Assembly: GCA_964549935.1 (NCBI GenBank)
Contig: CAZJVT010000001.1
Location: 155,922 to 219,921, forward strand
Reading direction: 5' to 3'
Source of the DNA: an uncultured Candidatus Saccharibacteria bacterium
Lineage (GTDB): Bacteria; Patescibacteriota; Minisyncoccia; UBA6257; 1-14-0-10-44-23
Length of the DNA: 64,000 bases
Position 1 is the stretch's first letter; the number at the start of each line of letters is the position of its first letter. This document shows, piece after piece, positions 55,372 to 64,000 of the stretch. The position numbers were made by a program, and so were the translations under genes. Under the pieces are notes generated by a model, which worked only from the letters and a program-made list of their open reading frames with translations, was not told the DNA's origin and did no database searches.

Positions 55372-57198
55372 ATGAAACGCAACAAATTTAAAGTTGTTTC
55401 TGAATATACTCCCGCGGGTGATCAACCGACGGCTATTAAACAGCTCGTAGCCGGCATCGAAAAAGGTGACCACTATCAGACTCTACTGGGCGTTACCGGT
55501 TCCGGCAAGACTTTTACGATGGCCAAAGTTATCGAGCAGATTAATAAGCCGACGCTGGTCATCGCGCCCAACAAAACACTCGCCGCGCAGCTGTATCAGG
55601 AGTACCAAGCATTTTTCCCAGAGAACAAAGTCTGCTACTTCGTTTCCTATTACGACTACTATCAACCGGAGGCGTATTTGCCGGTTACTGACACCTATAT
55701 CGAAAAAGAGGCGATGATCAATGAGGAGATTGACCGATTCCGTCACGTCGCCACTTCGGCGCTGCTTACGCGCAGCGACGTCATCGTCGTTGCTTCGGTA
55801 TCCTGTATTTACAATCTCGGAGTCCCAGAGAACTATTTTGACTCAATTATTAAACTTGACGTAGGCCAGCCGATGACCCGCGGTGATTTGGTGAAGTGGC
55901 TCGTCAAAGTCGGGTTCACCCGCAACGCTGTAGCGCAAAAGCGCGGGACATTTAGGATTCGTGGTGATATTTTTGAAATCAACGCGGCTAGCGAGGAGTT
56001 GGTGTACCGCGTGGATATTACGGGTCAGAAAGTTATGGAGCTGGCGCTCGTTGACCGGATAACCCGAAAAGTCAAAGGAACACTTAACGAGTTGATTATT
56101 TTCCCGCCGAAACACTTCGTGACCACGATTCCGGAGCGAGAGCGGGCAACCAAAGACATCAAGGCAGAACTAAAGGAGCGTCTGGCGTATTTAAGCAAAA
56201 ACAAATTATTGCTTGAAGCGGAGCGTCTTGAGCGTCGCACAAAGTATGATATTGAGATGATTTCCACGCTTGGCTTTTGTCACGGGATTGAGAACTATTC
56301 ACGTCACTTGTCCGGCAAACCACCGGGTTCGCCGCCGGATTCTTTGATGTCTTATTTTCCGAAAGACAAGAATGGCAAGCCGGATTTTCTTACTATCATC
56401 GACGAAAGCCACATCGCCATTCCGCAGATCGCCGGAATGTATGCCGGAGACCAGGCGCGCAAAAAGGTGCTGGTTGAATTTGGTTGGCGTCTGCCTTCGG
56501 CGATGGATAATCGTCCGCTTAACTTTAAGGAGTTCGAGGAGCGAGTTGGGCAAACTATCTTTACCTCTGCTACGCCAGCAAAGTTCGAAAAAGAGGGCTC
56601 CGCGCAAATCGTCGAACAAATCGTGCGTCCAACTGGGCTTGTTGATCCGCCGATTGAGATTCGACCGGTTTTTAACCGTGAGAAAAATCGTAGTCAGATC
56701 GACGACGTTATCGCTGAAACAACGGCGAACATCAAGAAAGGCGAGAAGACGCTGATTATCACGCTGACGAAAAAGCAGTCCGAGGAGCTTGCGCAGTTTT
56801 TAACCGAGAAAGGCTTCCGAGCCAAGTTTATGCACTCTGATACGCTGACGATGGAGCGCACGGAGATTTTGAAGGGCCTGCGCACGAATGAATTCGACGT
56901 ACTCATCGGCGTCAACCTCCTGCGTGAAGGATTAGACTTGCCGGAGGTTTCTTTGGTTGCTATTTTGGACGCTGACCGTGAAGGATTTTTGCGTAGCGAG
57001 GTTTCGCTGATTCAAACCATGGGCCGTGCCGCTCGTAACCTCGGCGGACGCGTTATTCTCTATGCTGATACTATGACGGGTTCAATGGAGCGAGCTATTG
57101 CCGAATGTGAGCGTCGTCGTAAGATCCAGCTTGCGTACAACAAAAAGAACAACATTACCCCGAAAGGCATTACGAAAGGGGTTCGTGAGTTTGAGTAG
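55372..57198 (+). CDS. uvrB: Excinuclease ABC subunit B.
   Basis: FKVVSEYTPAGDQPTAIKQLVAGIEKGDHYQTLLGVTGSGKTFTMA and SF2 helicase motifs; 608 aa. Confidence 0.9.
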   Translation: MKRNKFKVVSEYTPAGDQPTAIKQLVAGIEKGDHYQTLLGVTGSGKTFTMAKVIEQINKPTLVIAPNKTLAAQLYQEYQAFFPENKVCYFVSYYDYYQPEAYLPVTDTYIEKEAMINEEIDRFRHVATSALLTRSDVIVVASVSCIYNLGVPENYFDSIIKLDVGQPMTRGDLVKWLVKVGFTRNAVAQKRGTFRIRGDIFEINAASEELVYRVDITGQKVMELALVDRITRKVKGTLNELIIFPPKHFVTTIPERERATKDIKAELKERLAYLSKNKLLLEAERLERRTKYDIEMISTLGFCHGIENYSRHLSGKPPGSPPDSLMSYFPKDKNGKPDFLTIIDESHIAIPQIAGMYAGDQARKKVLVEFGWRLPSAMDNRPLNFKEFEERVGQTIFTSATPAKFEKEGSAQIVEQIVRPTGLVDPPIEIRPVFNREKNRSQIDDVIAETTANIKKGEKTLIITLTKKQSEELAQFLTEKGFRAKFMHSDTLTMERTEILKGLRTNEFDVLIGVNLLREGLDLPEVSLVAILDADREGFLRSEVSLIQTMGRAARNLGGRVILYADTMTGSMERAIAECERRRKIQLAYNKKNNITPKGITKGVREFE

Positions 57199-57214
57199 CT
57201 TCGTGATATTATAG

Positions 57215-57703
57215 ATGTTAATGAAGAAAGGCTCACCCGGATTTACTACGTTCGAGGTCGTGCTCGGCGTCGTGCTCATCGTCATTCTCGGCGGTGGCAT
57301 TATTTACGCTGTTAATCCGCTGAACTACTCCAGTAAGTTTCGTAATGCGCAACGCACTGCCGACGCACAATCAATTATGAGCGCGATTCAGCAAAAGCTC
57401 GTTGATGACAGAGGTATTTTCCGCTGTTCAGCGGGACAGTTGCCGTTGGCCGCAGCGATGAAGCAACCGGGGCATGAGTCGGAGACCTACTATGATATGG
57501 CTCGTTGTTTGGTTCCTAGCTATTTACCGTTTTTGCCTTTTGACCCGGCTACAGGCCACTGGAATTCGGCTGGTGACTACGTGACGGGTTACCAGGTCGG
57601 CTACAGCTCCTCTACGGGGCAGATTGCTGTTGTTGCGCCATATGCCGAGCCGCCGCTTTTGATCGATATCTTCCGTAAACATCCTACAAGTACAAAAAAA
57701 TAG
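57215..57703 (+). CDS. Type IV pilin-like protein, a third paralog related to the major pilins at 3955 and 4498.
   Basis: MKKGSPG|FTTFEVVLGVVLIVIL. The C-terminus (RCSAGQLPL..ARCLVPSYLPFLPFDPATG..GYQVGYSSSTGQIAVVAPYAEPPL) is collinear with the major pilins. Alternative start at 57221. Confidence 0.65.
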   Translation: MLMKKGSPGFTTFEVVLGVVLIVILGGGIIYAVNPLNYSSKFRNAQRTADAQSIMSAIQQKLVDDRGIFRCSAGQLPLAAAMKQPGHESETYYDMARCLVPSYLPFLPFDPATGHWNSAGDYVTGYQVGYSSSTGQIAVVAPYAEPPLLIDIFRKHPTSTKK

Positions 57704-57795
57704 CAGGTAGCCGGTTTTTGCTTTCTTGAGTTTTCTTTTGTATACTCATCCCAGATACCCCCTTATATTCAAAAAGGCGGGCGTTCTGCTTATCT

Positions 57796-60423
57796 ATGGC
57801 CCCTAAAAAATCCAACGAATTCGTCAATAAAATTGTCATCAAGGGCGCGCGCGTTCACAATTTGAAGAACGTCAATTTAGAGTTGCCGAAAAATCAGCTC
57901 ATCGTTTTTTCCGGTCTCTCCGGCAGCGGCAAGTCATCACTCGCGTTTGATACGATTTTTGCCGAAGGGCAGCGCCGTTACGTTGAGTCGCTTTCTCCGT
58001 ACGCCCGTCAATTTTTGGGCCAGATGGAAAAGCCGGACGTCGATGAGATAACCGGACTTTCGCCGGCAATCGCTATCGATCAGAAGGCGCATTCACACAA
58101 CCCGCGTTCGACCGTCGCAACGCTCACGGAAATTTACGACTATATGCGCGTGCTTTTTGCGCGCGCCGGTGTTGCATACTGTCCGACCTGTGGTCGCGCT
58201 ATCCGCAAAATGGCGCCGGAGGAGATTGTTGACACGGTCCGGGATGAGGCGGCCAAGCGCAAAGCGGAGCACGTTGTCGTCATGGCCTCCATTGTTCGTG
58301 GGCGTAAGGGAGAATACTTCCAGCTGCTGCAGGATTTGTATCGCGATGGATTTACGCAGGTCCGCATCGACGGCAAGATGACCTCGCTCAACGAGAAGGT
58401 TGAGCTGAAGCGGTATGGCGCGCATACGATTGATTTGATTGTCGACAAAGTGATGCCGTCTGACAAAACTCGTATGTTTGAAGCAGTTGAAACGGCGCTC
58501 CAAAAAGGCAAGGGTTTAATTTCTGTTTCCTTTGGCGAACCGACAAACGTAAGGGCAAAAGGGAAGCTGGCCGAAGAGGGTACGCCGCAGTGGGAGGCCG
58601 ACCTGGCAGCTTCGAAGGCGCTCGAGGAAAACAAGAACGAGCAGATGTTTTCGGCCCACTGGAGCTGTCCGCACGACGGGTTTTCCTTCCCGGAAATAGA
58701 GCCGCGCCTGTTCTCATTCAACAGTCCATTCGGTGCCTGTGAGGAGTGTCACGGTATTGGGCACGATTTTTTCGACGATACAAAAGTCTGCGTAAAGTGT
58801 AGCGGTGCGCGTCTGCGCCCCGAGGTTTTGGCGATTCGCTTAGGTGGTAAAAATATCGACGAACTTGTTTCGATGACCATTGATGAGTCCTACGAGTTTT
58901 TTGCCGACATTGATAAGCACCTGTCCGCCAGTCAGCGTACGATCGCCAAAAATGCCTTGAAGGAAATCACCGATCGCTTGGAGTTTCTGCTCGAAGTTGG
59001 CTTGGACTATCTGACACTCAAGCGCGAGAGTGGCACGCTTAGTGGCGGCGAGGCGCAGCGTATTCGTTTGGCATCACAGATTGGCTCGAAGCTCTCCGGT
59101 ACGCTCTACGTGCTCGATGAACCGACGATTGGTCTGCATGAGCGCGATAACGAGCGCTTGATTAAGATTATGAAAGAGCTGCGCGACCTCGGTAACAGTT
59201 TGATCGTTGTCGAGCACGACGAGCGCGTTATCCGTGAGGCGGACCACTTCGTCGATATCGGTCCGGGTCCGGGCGTACACGGCGGCACGATTGTGGCCGA
59301 GGGCCCTATGCCGGAGGTGCTCAAGAAGTCGGCTAAGGAGTCGCTGACGGCCCGCTACTTAAACGGTGAGGAGGAGATCGAGATCCCAAAGACGCGCCGC
59401 GACAAGGACAAGGGCTGGCTGAAGATAATCGGCGCGACGGCCAACAACATCAAGAACTTGAATGCTGAGATTCCGCTCGGTCGGCTTGTGTGTATCACGG
59501 GAGTCTCTGGAAGCGGTAAGTCGACGTTGCTTGAAGATGTTTTGTATAAAAACACCCAGAAGATGCTGGGCGGATTCCAAAACTTACATGGTGTTTCAAA
59601 GATCATCGGCACCGAGTATCTGCGTCACGTGATTTCTATTGACCAGTCGCCGATCGGTAAAACACCGCGATCTAACCCGGCTACGTACACGGGTGTCTGG
59701 GGTCCTGTTCGTGACTTATTCTCGATGCTGCCGGAGGCCGTTGAGCGAGCTTATGGTCCTGGAAGGTTCAGTTTTAACGTCCCGGGTGGACGCTGCGAGG
59801 CCTGCGAAGGAGCGGGTGCGAAGGTTATCGAGATGCACTTCTTGCCGGACGTGCTCGTTACTTGCGATGTCTGCCGTGGTAAGCGCTTCAGTGCCGAGAC
59901 ACTCGAGGTAAAGTATAAAGGCAAAAACATTGCCCAGGTACTCGACATGACCGTCGAGGAGGCACTCCTGCACTTTGAAGGTGTGTACACGATTGCCGAC
60001 AAGCTTAAAGTTCTCAACGAGGTCGGGCTGAACTACATCAAGCTCGGCCAGAGTGCGACGACGCTCTCGGGTGGCGAGGCGCAGCGTATCAAGCTTAGTA
60101 AGGAGCTGGCTCGACCGATGGCGCGGAATGATTTGTTTATTTTAGACGAGCCGACGACGGGACTGCACTTCGAAGACGTGAAGATGCTGCTCGCTGTTTT
60201 GCAGCGTATCGTCGAAAAGGGGAACACAGTGATTCTCATCGAGCACAACATGCACGTGATTAAAGTGGCCGACTACCTTATCGACATGGGTCCGGAAGCC
60301 GGTATCCGTGGCGGCAAGATCATTGCCGAAGGCACACCAGAAGAGGTGGCGCACAATACGAAATCGATAACGGGAAAGTACCTGAAACCGTACTTGCGTA
60401 GCTCTAAAAATTCGAATAAGTAG
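57796..60423 (+). CDS. uvrA: Excinuclease ABC subunit A.
   Basis: GLSGSGKSSLAFDTIFAEGQRRYVESLS; two ABC ATPase modules and zinc-finger Cys clusters; 875 aa. Confidence 0.9.
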   Translation: MAPKKSNEFVNKIVIKGARVHNLKNVNLELPKNQLIVFSGLSGSGKSSLAFDTIFAEGQRRYVESLSPYARQFLGQMEKPDVDEITGLSPAIAIDQKAHSHNPRSTVATLTEIYDYMRVLFARAGVAYCPTCGRAIRKMAPEEIVDTVRDEAAKRKAEHVVVMASIVRGRKGEYFQLLQDLYRDGFTQVRIDGKMTSLNEKVELKRYGAHTIDLIVDKVMPSDKTRMFEAVETALQKGKGLISVSFGEPTNVRAKGKLAEEGTPQWEADLAASKALEENKNEQMFSAHWSCPHDGFSFPEIEPRLFSFNSPFGACEECHGIGHDFFDDTKVCVKCSGARLRPEVLAIRLGGKNIDELVSMTIDESYEFFADIDKHLSASQRTIAKNALKEITDRLEFLLEVGLDYLTLKRESGTLSGGEAQRIRLASQIGSKLSGTLYVLDEPTIGLHERDNERLIKIMKELRDLGNSLIVVEHDERVIREADHFVDIGPGPGVHGGTIVAEGPMPEVLKKSAKESLTARYLNGEEEIEIPKTRRDKDKGWLKIIGATANNIKNLNAEIPLGRLVCITGVSGSGKSTLLEDVLYKNTQKMLGGFQNLHGVSKIIGTEYLRHVISIDQSPIGKTPRSNPATYTGVWGPVRDLFSMLPEAVERAYGPGRFSFNVPGGRCEACEGAGAKVIEMHFLPDVLVTCDVCRGKRFSAETLEVKYKGKNIAQVLDMTVEEALLHFEGVYTIADKLKVLNEVGLNYIKLGQSATTLSGGEAQRIKLSKELARPMARNDLFILDEPTTGLHFEDVKMLLAVLQRIVEKGNTVILIEHNMHVIKVADYLIDMGPEAGIRGGKIIAEGTPEEVAHNTKSITGKYLKPYLRSSKNSNK

Positions 60424-60541
60424 TTTTGAAAGCGAAAGCATTTTTATTGACAAAAATATATTTTTGGTTTATTTTGTTTTAACGGCCAAGCGGAGAGCCC
60501 GTTTGTGCTTAGCCGGCTTTGTGCTGGCGGAAGGAGCTATC

Positions 60542-60787
60542 ATGCGAGGTGGACGGAAGGAGCGGCGGGCGCGACGCGCTCGCGCGAAGGGGATGGGGAA
60601 GACCTGGGTGGGCGATCCGGCGAGGGTCACGAAGAAGAATGGGTCGGCGATGCTCAAGGCCAACCCGAACTCGACGCGGACGGCGATCAAGCGGGTGCGA
60701 GCTGACGCGGCACAGGCCGCTCGTGCTTACGCGGACCGCAAGAGTGGGTACGGCGAACCCGACGTGCACCAGCGCCGCGGTTGGTAG
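60542..60787 (+). CDS. Small, strongly basic hypothetical protein (82 aa) in a high-GC island between uvrA and uvrC.
   Basis: TTGACA promoter-like box at 60457. AGGAG RBS 6 nt upstream. MRGGRKERRARRARAKG.. Two hairpins (a second with T-run) follow. Confidence 0.4.
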   Translation: MRGGRKERRARRARAKGMGKTWVGDPARVTKKNGSAMLKANPNSTRTAIKRVRADAAQAARAYADRKSGYGEPDVHQRRGW

Positions 60788-60880
60788 CGTCTCAGTACGG
60801 GGGCGCGTTCGGTTCGACCGGACGCGCCCCGCTGTTCATTAATTTGGCCTTATGGCCTTTTTTGTTTATACTGACCGCGC

Positions 60881-62212
60881 ATGGCGAAGATCTACGAAAA
60901 ACTAAAAGCGGTCTCCAAAAAATTCCCCAATGAACCGGGCGTCTACTTTTGGCGCGATGCGAAAGGGCATCCGCTCTATATCGGCCGGGCGGGGAGTTTA
61001 AAGAAGCGTATCGCCAGTTACTTTTTAGCAAAGCGTGATCCGCGTATTCGTGAGATGACCGAAACAGCCACATCGCTCGATTTCGAGACGACCGAGACAC
61101 TGCTTGAAGCCATTGTGCTTGAAGCGAACCTCATCAAGCAGTATTGGCCGAAGTACAACGTGCTCGAGAAGGATAATAAGTCCTTCATTTATATGGCGGT
61201 TACCGATGAGGAGTTTCCGCGACTACTGATGGTGCGCGGCCGTGAGCTGGATCGGTATGCTACTGCGCCAATCGCAAAGCGCCAATCGCAAAGCGTGATG
61301 AGGCGAGATTCTTCGGGGATACCTCAGAATGACAAACGGGAAAAAAGAATGGGCACCCTTGGGGTCTTCGGTCCTTATCAAAGTTATTATTTGCTTCGTA
61401 AGTCACTGGAGATTGTCCGCAAAATTTTCCCGTACAGTAACTGTAAGCCCGGGCAACTCAAGCCCTGCTTTCACAATCAGATCGGACTCTGCCCGGGTGT
61501 TTGCGTCGGCGCGATAGATGCAAAGACGTATCATAACAATATCCGCAACATCATCCTGTTTTTCCGCGGCGAGAAGAAGCAGCTACTGAAGAAGTTGCAA
61601 AAGGAAAATGTCGCCGCCGCAAAGCTAGGGCGACCAAGGCCTGATGCAATCTTGGCGCTCAAGCAGGTGCGAGATACGGCTCTGCTTGCCGACTCGGATG
61701 TCTTGCTGCGCGGCAATCAGTTAACCGATCGGCGCATTGAGGGTTACGACATTTCGCATCTCTCCGGACAGGAGGCGGTTGGGGCGATGGTTGTATTTGA
61801 AAACGGAGAGTCCGACCCGAGCCAGTATCGTTTATTTAATATTAAGGAGGCCGATACCCAGGACGATCTGGCGATGCTGCAGGAGGTGCTCGAGCGTCGA
61901 CTTAAACACGACGAGTGGCCGCTACCAAATATTGTTTTTGTAGACGGTGGCGCTAATCAGGTTAAGCGCGTGAATGACGTGCTAAAAAAGCACAATCTGA
62001 CACTGCCGGTCATCGGGCTTTCCAAGGCAGGGCAGCACGCCGCCTCATCGGCCGCCAGCGACAAGTTTGTTGTTGCCAACGCGGGCAAGACGGGCAAGGA
62101 ATTGATTCTCGCCTCGCGTAATTTGTTCCAGCAGGTCCGCAATGAGGCGCACAGATTTTCGATTAATGCCCGGCGTAAGCGGGCGAAGGGGAGTTTCCTG
62201 GGGAGGCGATAG
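60881..62212 (+). CDS. uvrC: Excinuclease ABC subunit C (short form, 443 aa).
   Basis: GIY-YIG N-terminus PGVYFWRDAKGHPLYIGRAGSLKKRIASYF, UvrBC-interaction region and RNase H-like endonuclease region. C-terminal HhH apparently absent. Confidence 0.8.
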   Translation: MAKIYEKLKAVSKKFPNEPGVYFWRDAKGHPLYIGRAGSLKKRIASYFLAKRDPRIREMTETATSLDFETTETLLEAIVLEANLIKQYWPKYNVLEKDNKSFIYMAVTDEEFPRLLMVRGRELDRYATAPIAKRQSQSVMRRDSSGIPQNDKREKRMGTLGVFGPYQSYYLLRKSLEIVRKIFPYSNCKPGQLKPCFHNQIGLCPGVCVGAIDAKTYHNNIRNIILFFRGEKKQLLKKLQKENVAAAKLGRPRPDAILALKQVRDTALLADSDVLLRGNQLTDRRIEGYDISHLSGQEAVGAMVVFENGESDPSQYRLFNIKEADTQDDLAMLQEVLERRLKHDEWPLPNIVFVDGGANQVKRVNDVLKKHNLTLPVIGLSKAGQHAASSAASDKFVVANAGKTGKELILASRNLFQQVRNEAHRFSINARRKRAKGSFLGRR

Positions 62213-62248
62213 CTTGCTTTCTTTTCTGTTTTATTATATAATTATTTC

Positions 62249-63253
62249 ATGGATAAAAAGCCAGTCGTAAAAGTAGTTCCGAGTCCGGTGCGAGCCAGCA
62301 CCTCAAAAGGACCAATTTCTAGCGTGACAGGGAAGTTCCCACATCCCGAACGAGCCAACGACCGCAAGCGGTCGGTCTCGGACGGGACAGGCAAATTTCC
62401 TCTTCGAGGACGTGCCGGCTATTTAGCTCGCCTTGAGCTCGCTAAAACTGCAAAGCCTATCGCTCCAAAGCCGAAAACAGAAACTGGCTGGGGTAATGTC
62501 GCCGGTTGGTATGATGCGACAGTTGAGGATTCGAGCAGCTACCAGTCAACGTTGATTTTGCCAAACGTCCTTCGTTTGCTGGATATCAAAAAAGGCGAGG
62601 CTGTTTTAGACCTTGCTTGCGGTCAGGGATTGTTTGCTCGTCGGTACGCTAAGAGCGGCGCGAAGGTTATCGGCGTTGATATTGCTAAGGAGCTTATCGA
62701 TATCGCTAAGCCGCAGTCACCGGAGATTCAGTACCACGTTTCGGGTGCGGACAACCTTGCATTCATTCCGGCGGCTTCAGTTGATAAGATTTCGATTGTG
62801 CTCGCGCTGCAGAACATCGAAAACATGAACGGCGTATTTAAAGAATGCGCTCGGGTTTTAAAGCCAAAGGGCAAGCTCATCATCGTGCTCAACCATCCGA
62901 CCTTCCGTATTCCGAAACAAAGCCAGTGGGGTTGGACCAGCGCAGTTAATGCTATTCCAGGCAGCATGCAGATCCAGTTCCGCCGTATTGATCGTTACAT
63001 GAGCGAGACGCGCGAGAAAATCGCTATGCACCCTTCGACGAGCTCAGGGCAAGCCCTGGGCGAGCAGACCGTTTCGTTCCACCGTCCGATGCAGTCGTAT
63101 ATCAAGTCATTAGGTAAAGCCGGCCTCGCTGTTACTAATATGGAGGAGTGGGTGAGTAACAAGTTGAGCCAGCCCGGACCGCGCGCTGCTGCCGAGAACT
63201 TGGCGCGCAAAGAGATCCCGCTTTTTATGTCGCTCGAGATTGTGAAGCTCTAA
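62249..63253 (+). CDS. Class I SAM-dependent methyltransferase with a basic N-terminal extension.
   Basis: VLDLACGQGLFARRYAKSGAKVIGVDIA (motif I), DKISIVLALQN and LKPKGKLIIVLNHP. Confidence 0.7.
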   Translation: MDKKPVVKVVPSPVRASTSKGPISSVTGKFPHPERANDRKRSVSDGTGKFPLRGRAGYLARLELAKTAKPIAPKPKTETGWGNVAGWYDATVEDSSSYQSTLILPNVLRLLDIKKGEAVLDLACGQGLFARRYAKSGAKVIGVDIAKELIDIAKPQSPEIQYHVSGADNLAFIPAASVDKISIVLALQNIENMNGVFKECARVLKPKGKLIIVLNHPTFRIPKQSQWGWTSAVNAIPGSMQIQFRRIDRYMSETREKIAMHPSTSSGQALGEQTVSFHRPMQSYIKSLGKAGLAVTNMEEWVSNKLSQPGPRAAAENLARKEIPLFMSLEIVKL

Positions 63254-63255
63254 AA

Positions 63256-63305
63256 AGAAATCTTTAAAACAACAATGACGCTTTACTTAAGTAAAGCGTC
63301 ATTGT
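63256..63305. terminator. Bidirectional hairpin terminator between convergent genes.
   Basis: caacaatgacgctttacttaagtaaagcgtcattgttg is a 16-bp stem. Confidence 0.6.
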
Positions 63306-63323
63306 TGTTTGTATCTTTGCCGA

Positions 63324-63836
63324 TTATCCCTTCGATTCTCCGTTTGTGGTGAGCTTCACTTTGAACTCAACCATCACGGCGTTGCCGGCGTTGTCGTTAA
63401 GCGGCTTGTCGTTTGCTTCATTGAAAATACCGTTGCCATCGTCGCCGTGGAGCATCGCTATATAGGTAACACCCGGGCGAAGCTTGTTGGAAATAACCGA
63501 GATGTTTTTATAGGTACCCGGCTGGAGGAGCTGGCCGATACCGATGATAGCGCCAGGGAGTCCGCCGTTGTCTTCGTGGATGATGACGTAACCCGTTGCA
63601 CGCAGCGAGGCTGAGGCGACAAGGACGGAGACCGAATCCGCATCCTGATCGTTTACGACGATGTTGTTGGTGTCGCCAACAACAATGCCCGGAGTTACAG
63701 CAGGTACATCGCTACCACTGCGCAGGAGCAGGAAACCGCCGATAAGAACGACAGCCGCAGTTATGCCGATAATAAGAGGCTTTTTACTTTTCGCCGGGCC
63801 GGCTACCGGCATCCCAGCATTTTGTGTTTGGTCCAT
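63324..63836 (-). CDS. Hypothetical membrane-anchored secreted protein.
   Basis: N-terminal anchor LIIGITAAVVLIGGFLLL then a beta-rich domain. Confidence 0.5.
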   Translation of the reverse strand: MDQTQNAGMPVAGPAKSKKPLIIGITAAVVLIGGFLLLRSGSDVPAVTPGIVVGDTNNIVVNDQDADSVSVLVASASLRATGYVIIHEDNGGLPGAIIGIGQLLQPGTYKNISVISNKLRPGVTYIAMLHGDDGNGIFNEANDKPLNDNAGNAVMVEFKVKLTTNGESKG

Positions 63837-64000
63837 ATGATATTTATGACGTTAAGGTTAATTTCCTATTACAGGCTAATTATAGCAGAAGTGCTACTCA
63901 AACGGGGCTTTAATGTGCGGCAAGGCTAGAAAATCGAACGAGCGTAACTGGGGTCTCCAGTTACGCTCGTCTCGCGGTTCCCGTGAGGGGACCGCTAGGT

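Noticed and set aside
60469-60842. Three additional overlapping ORFs in island E on both strands.
   Set aside because: They share the same GC-rich stretch. Only the frame with an AGGAG RBS and ATG at 60542 has start signals.

Overview
This 64-kb window looks like a chromosomal segment of a small-genome bacterium, possibly Candidate Phyla Radiation/Patescibacteria-like; that assignment is inference from gene content only. Overall GC is about 50 percent, and the dense housekeeping content includes def-fmt, ctpA, rplI, rpmA, gyrB, secE-nusG-rplK, tmk, gatB, a DEAD-box helicase, uvrB/uvrA/uvrC and two ECF sigma modules. rplK is not followed by rplA, and no tRNA-Trp precedes secE.

Four things stand out:
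(1) A type IV pilus-like gene cluster at the 5' end has two long-leader pseudopilins and two tandem major-pilin paralogs. A third pilin paralog sits between uvrB and uvrA.
(2) An AT-rich integrated element of about 10.2 kb (11153-21370) is bounded by 10-bp direct repeats (caacgaatgg) and splits a lamin-tail-domain gene in two. It carries a type III restriction-modification pair (mod/res), a block of small phage- or plasmid-like cargo genes, and two overlapping serine recombinases at its right end.
(3) A tRNA-Asn(GUU) gene is interrupted by a 208-nt group I intron whose core matches the IC3 tRNA-intron consensus (GTAGAGACTAGA...TAGTC).
(4) At least five short islands of high GC and high GC3 are embedded between conserved genes. 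Each has its own strong RBS, and one is flanked by two copies of a 38-nt hairpin repeat.

No CRISPR array or rRNA gene is present. Many intergenic regions carry clear hairpin terminators, and several genes have a TATA(C/A)T -10 box only about 10 nt upstream of the ATG, which would give leaderless or short-leader transcripts.
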